Origin: Bacteroidota bacterium
Lineage (GTDB): Bacteria; Bacteroidota; Bacteroidia; AKYH767-A; OLB10
Assembly: GCA_016714005.1 (NCBI GenBank)
Contig: JADJOA010000005.1
Location: forward strand, 35,027 to 99,026
Length of the DNA stretch: 64,000 bases
Direction: 5' to 3'
In this document: positions 35,875 through 45,797 of the stretch, in pieces
How the letters are laid out: each line of letters begins with the position of its first letter
Position numbering within the stretch: the first letter of the stretch is position 1
Translations under genes and position numbers: made by a program
Notes under the pieces: model-generated
What the model was told of the DNA's origin: nothing
Databases searched by the model: none
What the model saw: the letters and a program-made list of their open reading frames with translations, nothing else

Positions 35875-36743
35875 ATGTTCAACATCCTTATATCAAAAAA
35901 CTTCGCATGGACTTGCTTTAGACTAGAGCGAGTAAGAACTACGACAAAAAACATTATTGTTTATGCTTTATTTCTGTGCATTTCATGCAACAATGTAAAT
36001 GGGCAAAGCAGCTCACTTTCTGAAGAATATCTTCGGTTAGCAGATGATTTTAAAAAAAGTATGAAACAGGACAGTGCAATAAAATATTATGAAAAAGCAG
36101 CAGTAGAATTTCAAGCCTTGGGAAACGTTGAAAAATTTGTGTACTCATATAACCATATAGGAATTATACTAACAAGGCAGGATAACTATGAAAAGTCAAA
36201 ATTCTATTTGGAGAAAGCGCTCTCAATAGGTCTTTCTTCGCTTGATAGCAACAACCTGGTAATTGCAACCACTTACATTAGCTTAGGAGTAAATTATAAT
36301 GCAGAAGAAAATTACAGCCGGTCATTATTTTATCATAATAAAGCTCTTGCAATACGGCTACTAAAACTGGGGGAATATCATGCTGATGTGGCAACAAGTT
36401 ATGGGAACATAGGAAACGTTTATTTTAATAGTAAGGACTACGAAAAAGCTATTGATGCCCATTTAAAAGCAATGGAAATAAGGGAAAAGCTTTTGGTAAC
36501 ACTGGCGTAGAGGTTATTCAATCTTTTACCAACTTGGGAAACGCTTACAGGGAGAAAAAGAGCTATGAGACATCATTAGCATATTTTGAAAAAGCTTTGC
36601 AGAATAAAGTTAAACAAGTTGGACAAGGGCATAAAGACCTGGTAAAACTTTATAAAAATATAAGTGACGTGTATTACTTAATGAACAACAGAGAGCAAGG
36701 TGATTTTTATAAAATAAAATCAGAGGAGATTTTGAAGAATTGA
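35875..36743 (+). CDS. Tetratricopeptide-repeat protein (TPR_12-like), frameshift near 36510
   Basis: Repeated TPR units (ATTYISLGVNYNAEENYSRSLFYHNKALAIR; ATSYGNIGNVYFNSKDYEKAIDAHLKAMEIREK; FTNLGNAYREKKSYETSLAYFEKALQ). Confidence 0.5.
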
Positions 36744-36782
36744 AATTATTTTGAGGACGAGTGGGATTTTAAAAGTATCTCT

Positions 36783-37166
36783 CTAAGTATTTTTCCCTTT
36801 ATACTTCACAAAAATATTTATCCATATCAACCTTGCCAGCCTAAAAGTAAGTGGCACCAACAAAACAGATGGAACAATAATTCCAAGTAAAAAATACATG
36901 AGGGGAAGGTTATCAGGCGCAAGCACCTCTATGGCTATCCATAGCGTTACCATTAGGGCAACATTAAGTGCATAGCTTACAAACATAGCTCCAAAATAAA
37001 AACCTGTTTCGGGCATAAAGCTGCCTTTGCAAACACTGCAATTGTTTTCCATTTTATCGAACTGACGCAGGTTAAACGGGTTAGAAGAGTTAAAAAAATG
37101 CCCCTCATGGCAATGCGGGCATTTATTATTTAGTATGCTGTATAGCTTTGAACCTTTACCTATCAT
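36783..37166 (-). CDS. DUF983-like zinc-ribbon membrane protein
   Basis: Two CxxC pairs (CPHCHEG ... CSVCKG) followed by two TM helices; size 127 aa, typical of DUF983. Confidence 0.45.
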   Translation of the reverse strand: MIGKGSKLYSILNNKCPHCHEGHFFNSSNPFNLRQFDKMENNCSVCKGSFMPETGFYFGAMFVSYALNVALMVTLWIAIEVLAPDNLPLMYFLLGIIVPSVLLVPLTFRLARLIWINIFVKYKGKNT

Positions 37167-37287
37167 CTTTTAAAAAAATAACAATGCAAATATAGTTTGC
37201 TTAGCTATTGGTGTTAATGGCTTATAAGAGGTTTAAAGTTTATACAGAGCATCACTTGCCGTTTAAATTTATTTTACTTTTCGCCTT

Positions 37288-38088
37288 GTGAATTCAAAAA
37301 TCAATAAATCTTTTCTGGCAGAGATGCTTGAAGAAAGTTACTTCAAATACAACAACAAAAAATTTATTGCCGATGACCCCATTTCTATTCCCCACGGGTT
37401 TACGCAGAAGGAAGATATAGAAATAAGCGCATTTTTAGCAGCAGCAATTGCATGGGGGCAGCGTAAAACAATACTGGTTAATGCAGGTAAGTTGATGCGT
37501 TACATGGATAATGCACCTTACGATTTTGTTATAAACAGCACAGCAACCGATTTATTACACTTTAAAAAATTTGTGCATCGCACTTTTAATGGCGATGATT
37601 GTGTACACTTTGTTAAGGCGCTTAAAAAAATATACCTGCACCATGCGGGATTAGAAGCTGTGATAAAAAATGCTATGCAAGTTAATGATCATAACCTTGT
37701 GAATGGAATAAGCGGATTGCGCGAAATATTTTTTGCATTAAAGCATTTGCCACGTACACAAAAACATTTTGCCAACCCGCTTAAAAATTCATCGTGCAAA
37801 AGAATTAATATGTTTTTGAGATGGATGATAAGAAAAGATAAAGCCGGTGTTGATTTTGGTTTATGGAATATTTCACCGGCATTGCTTCTTTGCCCTTTAG
37901 ACGTGCACACGGGCAGAATAGCACGCGAACTTGGTTTACTGAACAGAGCGCAGGATGATTTAAAAGCGGTAATTGAACTTACCAATGCGCTAAAGGAATT
38001 TGACAAAACCGATCCTGTGAAATACGACTTTGCTTTGTTTGGTTTGGGAATTGATAAAAAAGCGGGACAATTACTCAGCAAGTTTTAA
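37288..38088 (+). CDS. Conserved hypothetical protein (266 aa)
   Basis: Intact ORF with good codon usage; possibly the Bacteroidota TIGR02757/DUF2400 family (my recollection only). Confidence 0.3.
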   Translation: MNSKINKSFLAEMLEESYFKYNNKKFIADDPISIPHGFTQKEDIEISAFLAAAIAWGQRKTILVNAGKLMRYMDNAPYDFVINSTATDLLHFKKFVHRTFNGDDCVHFVKALKKIYLHHAGLEAVIKNAMQVNDHNLVNGISGLREIFFALKHLPRTQKHFANPLKNSSCKRINMFLRWMIRKDKAGVDFGLWNISPALLLCPLDVHTGRIARELGLLNRAQDDLKAVIELTNALKEFDKTDPVKYDFALFGLGIDKKAGQLLSKF

Positions 38089-38904
38089 AATATTTATTTG
38101 CATAGGGTTTGCCAGGAAAAGTTTTTTGTTTGAAAATTTTAGCCCGTAGCATTCAGCAGGAATGACTGTGCTTAATGATGATGCTTCGTTGTTTTTAATT
38201 CCGTACAGTTTAATTGCGGCATTTTCCAGAGAAATAATTGCTTCGGAGTTTATGCCAAAATCCAATGGCGCATGGGCTTGTATGCTCTTAAAATAGTTGC
38301 CTGCTACATCAAAAATTAAAAACTTATTGTTATCGGTAAGTAATACAAGCCACTTTTCGGTTTCGTACATTTTTTTTATAGCAGAAAAATCTGGTACTGT
38401 TAAATTAATGGGCTGACTTTGCGATTGAGGTTGCAACTGATCATTGTAACTGGTAAGCACTGTTGTCGCCTGATCGTAAACCCAAAAACTGGCGGTGGAT
38501 GAGTTGCATACCAGTAACGGGTTTCCACCTATGGCTTCTCTCAATTTAACAGCACTTTGCATGGCAAGCTGCGAATCGAAAAAATAAACAGTAGCAAAAA
38601 CGGATGAGTACGCTATAATTCGCAACGGGTTGTTTGCATCAATAAAATCAATAAGCCGGCCTTTATCTTGGTAAACGTTAAGCAGTTTGCTGTTTTCATC
38701 GTGCTTGCTTATAACTCCTTTGTGGAGTGCAAAAACGTTACCAAGGTTATCAATGCTGAATTGCTGAGATGCAATGTCTAAATTTTTATAAGGAATAAAC
38801 TGTGCTTTGGTATGTAAAAACAAAACGTTTAGCAAAATAATTAATACTATGTACTTTATTTTTTTAGTAATTATCATCCCATACAAAAATAGAATATCCG
38901 GCAA
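38071..38904 (-). CDS. Hypothetical secreted protein (277 aa)
   Basis: Signal peptide (IKYIVLIILLNVLFLHTKAQ); no recognisable domain. Confidence 0.3.
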   Translation of the reverse strand: MPDILFLYGMIITKKIKYIVLIILLNVLFLHTKAQFIPYKNLDIASQQFSIDNLGNVFALHKGVISKHDENSKLLNVYQDKGRLIDFIDANNPLRIIAYSSVFATVYFFDSQLAMQSAVKLREAIGGNPLLVCNSSTASFWVYDQATTVLTSYNDQLQPQSQSQPINLTVPDFSAIKKMYETEKWLVLLTDNNKFLIFDVAGNYFKSIQAHAPLDFGINSEAIISLENAAIKLYGIKNNEASSLSTVIPAECYGLKFSNKKLFLANPMQINILKLAE

Positions 38905-38907
38905 AAC

Positions 38908-38948
38908 AAAAACGGCACTTCTTTAGAAGTGCCGTTTTTGTTTTAACG
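38908..38948 (-). terminator. Rho-independent terminator
   Basis: AAAAACGGCACTTCTttagAAGTGCCGTTTTTGTTTT: 13-bp stem plus T-run, immediately 3' of the T9SS-cargo gene ending at 38957. Confidence 0.65.
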
Positions 38949-38956
38949 TCTGCCTG

Positions 38957-41334
38957 TTATTGCAGCACTACCTTAACTTGCTTGTTAAGGTAAGCGCTCC
39001 TTACCTGTAGCATATAAACTCCTTTTGCATAACCACTCAAATCAAGCACTGATGAATTCAATCCTTGGGAAGTATGAAGAGTATTGATTAAAACCACTTT
39101 GCCTGAAAAATCTGTTAGCGACAGGCTAACGGGCTCAGCGCTTTCCGTCATCAGTTCAATATTTAAAGTGGAGCTTGTAGGGTTAGGGAAAACATTCAGC
39201 CCTTCATTAGAGGCAACAGAAGTATTACCCGCCACCCTGCAAACCGGGGAAGCATTGTAAGTACGAGTACCGTTGCCACAACCATTGGTGGTGATAAGGC
39301 TAACGGTGGCGTTGCCTGTGTTCCAGTCAACTACCAGGTTATTGGTGCCTTGCCCGTTTATGATGGTAGCGGCTGAAGAAGGAATGATACTCCATACAAG
39401 ATTGTAAACTCCTGTAACCCCAGTTAGGTTACCTGAAAGGTAATACCTGCATCGTTATTACACCATACAACCGGGTTGGCGGTAATGGCCCCCGATGTGT
39501 TTGGAGCGCCTTTGGTAGTAATTGTTCTTGGCAAGCTTAACCCGCAACTGTTTTGCGATTGTACGGTTACAGTGCCCGTGGTAAATCCAGATGAAGGGAA
39601 AGTAACGGCAATGGCATTGCTGGCGCTGGTGCCTGTTGCACCTGCTGGCAAAGACCATACATAGCCGGTGGCACCTGCTACGGCAGGGCAACTGTAGTTA
39701 ACTGTTTGTCCGCATACGCCATTGCTGTTACCGCTAATGGCAGCAGGCATTGCAGGCAGCCCTGTGGTAACGCTCTTGCAGCGCTGCACTGTTTGCACCC
39801 CACATACGCTTGTAGCCTTAACGCACAGGTTAGAACTTGTAAAGCCTGTATTAAAGGTAACATTAATGCTGTTGGTTGACGAACTACCCGAAGTAGAACC
39901 TGGCAAAGTCCACTGATAGCTGGCTGCACCTGCTGCAGCAGGCACCGTATAAAGCTGAGTGCTGCCGGGGCATGCAACGGCAGAACCTGCAATGGTGCTT
40001 AAAGCAACAGTAGTGGTGCTGACATTTAAAGTACGTGCAGCGCTGACAAAACAAGCCACATTAGCCGTAACACTTATAGCACCCGTGGTAAACACAGGCG
40101 GCATTTGAATGTTTACGGAAGTAGCCGCAGTGGTAAGCGTGTTTCCACCACCGTTAATGCTTGCACCAGCGGGAGCAGTCCATGTATAATTATCGGCACC
40201 GGTAACCGGAGCAATAGAGTAGGGGTATGATTGAGCAGCACAAGCCACAGTAGTGCCGGTAATGGCAGCGGGCGTGCCAACAGAGCGCCTGATGCTAACG
40301 GCACGGTATAAAGAACTGCCACAGGCATTGGCAGCCGTAACGCGAATGTTATACGTACTGTTGGTGGTAGTGCCAATGTCAATAACCTGGGTGTTGGTAG
40401 TAGAAACCGGATTAAATGTAATGCCATTACTGCCCGGAGCATTAGCCCAGGTGTAAGAGGTTACATTGGCATTTGGAGTTACAGAAAGAGAAACACCATT
40501 TAACGGAGGACAAACACTAGGAGGAGCGCCACTAACAACCGATGGCTGCAACGGCAGGGTAGTGCGCACAGTAACAGCCAGCGGACTAGGTGCTGACTGG
40601 CACCCGCCCACAGCCGTGGTGGTTACCAGATTAAGGGTAACGGTGCCAGTTGTTTTATCATTATTGCCGGGAGTGTAAACCGCATTGGCAATGTTGGCAT
40701 TGTTAAATGTACCATCACCTGAAGTTGACCAGGTATAGCTGCTGCCACCAACCGATGTACCATTAAGGAATACAGGATTGGGTGCGCATATTTCTTGTGC
40801 TGCACCTGCTATGGCAGTGGGTGTTTCCACAATTTGAATATTAGTTCCATTGTCTGTTCCTACCTTGTTAGGCGCGCTTGCCACTACACGTATGCGGTAG
40901 CCGTTGCCTGCGGTGGTGTTGGCAGGTATGGTAACGCTTATGTTGCTGTTAGAAGCATTACCAGCCAGTGTGCCAATGGTATCGGGCGAGGCAAAGCTGC
41001 CTGTGGCATCGCTTAACTCGGCAGTAAAGGTGTTGCCACCTCCTATATCTATAGCTGTATAGGGCAGGCTAAAGGTGCTGCCTGCACATATTGCTGCAGC
41101 TACCGTGCCGGTGCGTATTTGCTCGCCCGGTTGCTGGAAGCCCTGGGTGATGATGTTACCTCCTGCGCTAAGCGAAGGAATAACGGTTTCGCCAATAGTA
41201 AAGGTTACCATGCTGCTGCCACCAGTGAGGGTGCCTCCGGCTGTGGAGATTGCCTTGCGGCTGATGGATTGCGAATTGGCAATTGGCAATTGACTATTGG
41301 CAATGAGCAATGCTATGATTAGTTTTTTTGTCAT
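38957..41334 (-). CDS. Thr/Ala/Gly-rich cell-surface protein with PKD-like repeats and T9SS C-terminal sorting domain, frameshift near 39300
   Basis: Signal peptide; N-term '...TIGETVIPSLSAGGNIITQGFQQP'; repeated Cys-containing Ig/PKD-like modules; final ORF 38957-39235 = T9SS CTD (VFPNPTSSTLNIEL...LTDFSGKVV...AKGVYMLQVRS). Locally elevated GC from the Ala/Gly/Thr codon bias. Confidence 0.5.
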
Positions 41335-41523
41335 GATACGTTTTGTATTAATAGTTATTTAACTGCACAAATATGGAGCTGATACTATTATCCGTCAATA
41401 GTTGATATGAATGATTTGTGGATGGTAACATGCTTTGTTTAGTCATTGATATGAATGATTTGTTGTTACTTAACCTTACAGGGGTTGCGTGAAGGGGCGC
41501 AACGACCTGTCAGGTTAGGTTGA

Positions 41524-44500
41524 TTACTTTTTGGTTTCTTCTTTTGGTGCATTTTGCTTTGTCCATGCCTCGCGGTATTCAGAAGGAACATCGTTAACAT
41601 TGGGATAAAGGAATTTATCAGTGTAAGCACCGGGTGCTTTCTTCAGGCGTAAGTCTTCGTAACCTTTGCGCTTGGCTACCATGCGGTAGGCAAAGGCAGT
41701 GCCATTGGCTGCTGAAGGTGCATGCACGGTAAAGGTGTTGCCATTCATTTCTATCCACCAGTTGCCCATGTTGCCGTAAGGAGTAATAAAGGCATGCATA
41801 GGGTGAGTGGCATTAATGGTAACGGTTTGTTCATAATCGGCAGCTACGGTAACTGTTGCCACTCCGTTTTGTATGGTGCCTTTGCCAAAGTCTTCAAACC
41901 AGTTTTCTGGCGACTCCTGGCTGTAAAGCTCCTTAGGCCCATCAGGCGTTTTAACGGTGGCAGCCTTGGTGCCTGAGCAGGTAAAGTTACCTGCTGCGTA
42001 AACACCATAAGCATTGGTGCCGCTGGCAGTGCCATAAATTCCAATGTTTGCTGTACCTCCGCCAGCATTACCATAAACCCCATAACGGTTTCCGGAACCG
42101 GCAAGGTAGCAGCGGCATTAACACCCATATAACCACCTACAGCTCCTACTCCATAACCATAAAAGGGTGTGTTGTTGGTTGAGCCATAAACACCATAATA
42201 ATCTGCGCTGGTTATTGTGTTAATACCATTTACAACTCTGCTAGTGTTGCCTGTGACATCTAATTTATTGGAAGGTATATTTGTTCCTATGCCCACATTG
42301 CCTTCTATAATAGCTCCATTGGCAGGTGCTGAAGTGGTGCCGCTGTATGTTGCACCTACTGCCAAGCCGCCTTCAACATCTAATTTGCTGGCAGGTGTGG
42401 TAGTGCCTAAGCCTACATTGCCACCATTGTTATGTATATTGCTTGAGTTTACTATCCATGATGTGCCATTCCAATAAGGCGTGTTGCCTGCTGCTGTGCC
42501 GCTTGTTAATAAACCTGCGGGGCCTGTGGGGCCTGCAGGACCAGTTGCACCTGTGGGGCCTGCAGGACCAGTTGCACCTGTAGGGCCAGCCGGACCTTGT
42601 GGGCCAACTAAGCCTGCTGTTGATTGCCAACTTGCCAAGCCTGCTGCATCCGACATTAAAACCTTGCCTGCACCCTGTGTGCCATCAGTAATCTTTACAG
42701 TACCTATTACATCTAACTTAGCAGCAGGGGTAGTAGTACCTAAGCTAAGATTACCATTAAAATCTATTTGAGCCTTGGGAGTTGCAAAATTGGCACCTGT
42801 GTAAAACCTTAAATAGTCGCTTCCATAGGTACCTCCAACAATTGCCTGGCCGGGCGTACCTGGCCGCAAACGTAAGCGATACATCATTTGCAGCCGGAAA
42901 CACTGCAGTAGTATTACTATTGGTTAATGATAAACCTGTGCGGCTCATAATAGCAGCACCTGAAACTGCATTCACTTCTGTTTCTAATTTAGCATCCGGG
43001 CTAAGAGTACCTATACCCACGTTTCCATTTCCATGTACACGCATTTTAGTATTAGACACGGCATTGCCTGCAACCCTAAAGTCAATATAAGCATTTGCGC
43101 CATATACATTGGCTAAATAAACTCCATTGTCTGAGGTAATTTCGCCCAGTTTACCCATTTTATAGCTTTGGCTGCCAAAAGAAATGGCATCGCCATCTCC
43201 GGCTGCATCTGCGCGGCTTACATCCAATTTGGTACCCGGTGATGTTGTTCCAATACCCACGTTTCCGCCATTGTTAAATATATTGCTTGAGTTTGTTATC
43301 CATGATGTGCCATCCCAATAAGGCGTATTGCCTGCTGCTGTGCCGCTGGCAATGGTGCCACCCGGAGTAACCCATGATGCCAAGCCTGCTGCATCAGATG
43401 TTAACACTTTGCCTGCACCGGGCGCACCACCTGTAATTTTAACCTGCCCTGCTACTTCTAATTTGCTGGTGGGGGCAGATGTGCCAATACCCACATTGCC
43501 GCTATTTGTATTACTAACATTATTTCCTGATGTGCTCATTGAGCTACAATAGCCGTAGTTGCCCTGTTACGGGGTTAAGCGTAATATTTAAAGCACCGCA
43601 TTCCATATTTAACACCTTTAAAGTATTAGTTGGCTGATCATTTACCACATACGCATAATTGCCCAATACAGTAACACACATTGGATCACTACCTGTTGCC
43701 ACCGAGTTTGTTACTGTTGGCGATGCCGGATTGGTAATGTCAATCACCTGCAAAGTACCGCTACTGTTATTTACCACATAAGCCTTATTGCCCGATAGCG
43801 ATACGGATGCCGGACCGTTAGCGGTTGTTACCGTGCCTGCCACTGTTGGCGATGCCGGATTGGTAATGTTAATAACCTGCATAGAATTGCTACCCTGATT
43901 AACCACATACGCATAATTGCCCGATACGGCTACCGATACAGTAGCTGACCCCGTTGTTACCGTGCCCACCACTGATGGTGATGCCGGATTACTAATATCA
44001 ATCACCTGCATGCTTCCTGAATAATTTGTCACATAAGCATAATTGCCGCTACTGCTACATTAACTGGGGTACTGTTGGTTGTTACCGTACCTACTATGGT
44101 TGGCGTTGCCGGGTTAGTTATGTTAAGCACTTTCATATTATGGCTAGACTGGTTAACAACGTATGCATAATTGCCCGAAATAGCCACTGAACGAGGAAGA
44201 ATTCCTGTATTTGTGCTGCTAACAAGGCTTGGTGAGGCAGGGTTTGAAATGTTAATTACTTTAAGGTGCCCGACAAAAGTGGTTACATACGCATAATTTC
44301 CCGAAACAGCTATTGAAACAGGTGAAACTAAGCCAGACAAGGAACCTGTAACTGTTGGAGCTGCGGCATTGCTTATGTTTATAACCTGCATAGTCCCTGA
44401 GGAATAATTTACTACATAAGCATATGTGCCTGATACAGCAACGTAGTGTGGACGGTCGTCAGTGCCAACAGAGCCTACAACAGAAAGACAGGATGGTATA

Positions 44501-45202
44501 GGGGTACTTAATATATCAGTGGCTGATAAACTTTTCCAGCTTGCCAAGCCTGTTGCAGAAGATGATAAAACCTTGCCAGCACCCTGTGTGCCATCGGTTA
44601 TTTTTACTGCGCCTGCCACATCAAGCTTAGCGGCAGGGGTTGCAGTGCCCACGCCTACGTTGGTTCCGTTGTTAAACAAAGCATTGTCTGCCACCCATGC
44701 AGTGCCGTTCCAGCGCATGGTGTTGCCGGGGCTGTGCCTGCGGGTAAGTCGGCACTCTTTCCTGCAAACAAAGCATAAGGCACGCTGTTAAGCTGCGTAG
44801 TGCCCATGTCGGTATAGCTTGTGCCTCCGGCAGGGTCCATCTCTACCTGTATAAACTTGGCGCCATTGCCCCAGTTTACTGCGGCAAGGGTTCCTATGCC
44901 TGGTGTGCCTGTGCCTATGTTTATATTAAACAAGCCCAGGGCTGTTGTTGTAGGCGTATGTGTTTCCTGGTACACTATGGTGCCGCCTGCTGTTACATCG
45001 CGTAAGCTTATGCGCAGGCCTATGGCTTGTGTAGGCAGAATTTCGCCACTGGCATTACGCGCCACTCCCGGTAAGGGGATGGCATTGGGCGATGGGCTAT
45101 TGTGGCAAAGCCATTAGCCATAAAGCAAAAACCATAAAGGCTGTTTGCCATTGTCTTAGTACTTGGTACTGATGTCCGGGTACTGTTTTGTGTGTGTTGC
45201 AT
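41524..45202 (-). CDS. Large repetitive surface protein, paralog A: signal peptide, conserved N-domain, LVIVD beta-propeller repeats, tail-fibre-like NVGIGTTxPxxKLDV repeats, collagen-like Gly-X-Y tract, conserved C-terminal domain; fragmented by many frameshifts
   Basis: Seven co-linear minus-strand ORFs. LVIVD repeats: 'VAVSGNYAYVVNQGSNSMQVINITNPASPTVAGTVTT' x ~7 (43544-44718). Collagen tract '[31 protein letters not shown]' (42430-42600). Ends nearly identical at DNA level to paralog B (5' ~44760-45200 vs 49530-49970; 3' 41524-41860 vs 45800-46140). Confidence 0.55.
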
Positions 45203-45253
45203 ATTTGTTTGATATTTAGTTATGGTGTTATTTGTTGTTAGTGTTGCTTTTGC

Positions 45254-45338
45254 TTAATCCCTTAATTACCTCAATCCCTTAATTACCTCAATCACTCAAT
45301 TACCTCAATCCCTCAATTGCCTCAATCCCCCAATTACC
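45254..45338. repeat. 17-nt tandem repeat (ccttaattacctcaatc) x ~4.7 located ~50 nt upstream of paralog A start codon
   Basis: Direct reading: ccttaattacctcaatc / ccttaattacctcaatc / actcaattacctcaatc / cctcaattgcctcaatc / ccccaattacc. Confidence 0.85.
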
Positions 45339-45535
45339 TTTTCTTTTAACGCCACAAAGATGCCGTGCTAAACCGCGCCCGTCAATCGTTCATTCCAATG
45401 AATTGGGTGTGGTGATGGGTGTGGTTTTGTAGTTGATATCAATGAGGGCAGGCGCACAAGCGTTTGTAAAAGCACCATGCAGGCAGGTCCCCTTTAGGGA
45501 TTTGGGGGTTAAACGCAAAGCAGACTTACCGGCAA

Positions 45536-45574
45536 ACCTGCAAACCCGTGAGGTTTTATAAACCTCGCAGGTTG
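45536..45574. repeat. Imperfect palindrome (aaacccgtgaggttt-tat-aaacctcgcaggttt), copy 1 of 2
   Basis: 12-bp stem with one mismatch and one G-U pair; same motif recurs at 45750-45786. Confidence 0.6.
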
Positions 45575-45749
45575 TTTAAAATTAATCCCGGAGGGATGAA
45601 ATTATTGTAGAATAAACAATGATTATGCGCTGAAACCCCGTAGGGGTGGTATGTCATCCCTACAGGATTTTTGTACCGGCTGCTCATCTTGCTGTTCTAA
45701 CATAATTTCATGCCTACGGCATTAGGCACAGGATAGTATTTTATTTGGA

Positions 45750-45786
45750 TTAAACCCGTGAGGTTTTATAAACCTCGCGGGTTTAA
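45750..45786. terminator. Palindromic hairpin (ttaaacccgtgaggttt-tat-aaacctcgcgggtttaa) immediately 3' of paralog B; possible terminator
   Basis: Stem of about 16 bp with one non-Watson-Crick position, 3-nt loop, 12 nt beyond the stop of gene 45798-49970(-); weak U-tract, so terminator function uncertain. Confidence 0.4.
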
Positions 45787-45797
45787 TGGGATGTGGG

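Noticed and set aside
39458-41322. Numerous 60-110-aa ORFs on both strands inside the Thr/Ala/Gly-rich surface-protein gene (e.g. 39678-39992, 40113-40442, 41075-41293)
   Set aside because: Overlap the long coherent minus-strand ORF; they arise from GC-rich, stop-poor alternative frames of Ala/Gly/Thr codons. Arg/Leu/Pro-rich low-complexity translations are typical of spurious frames.
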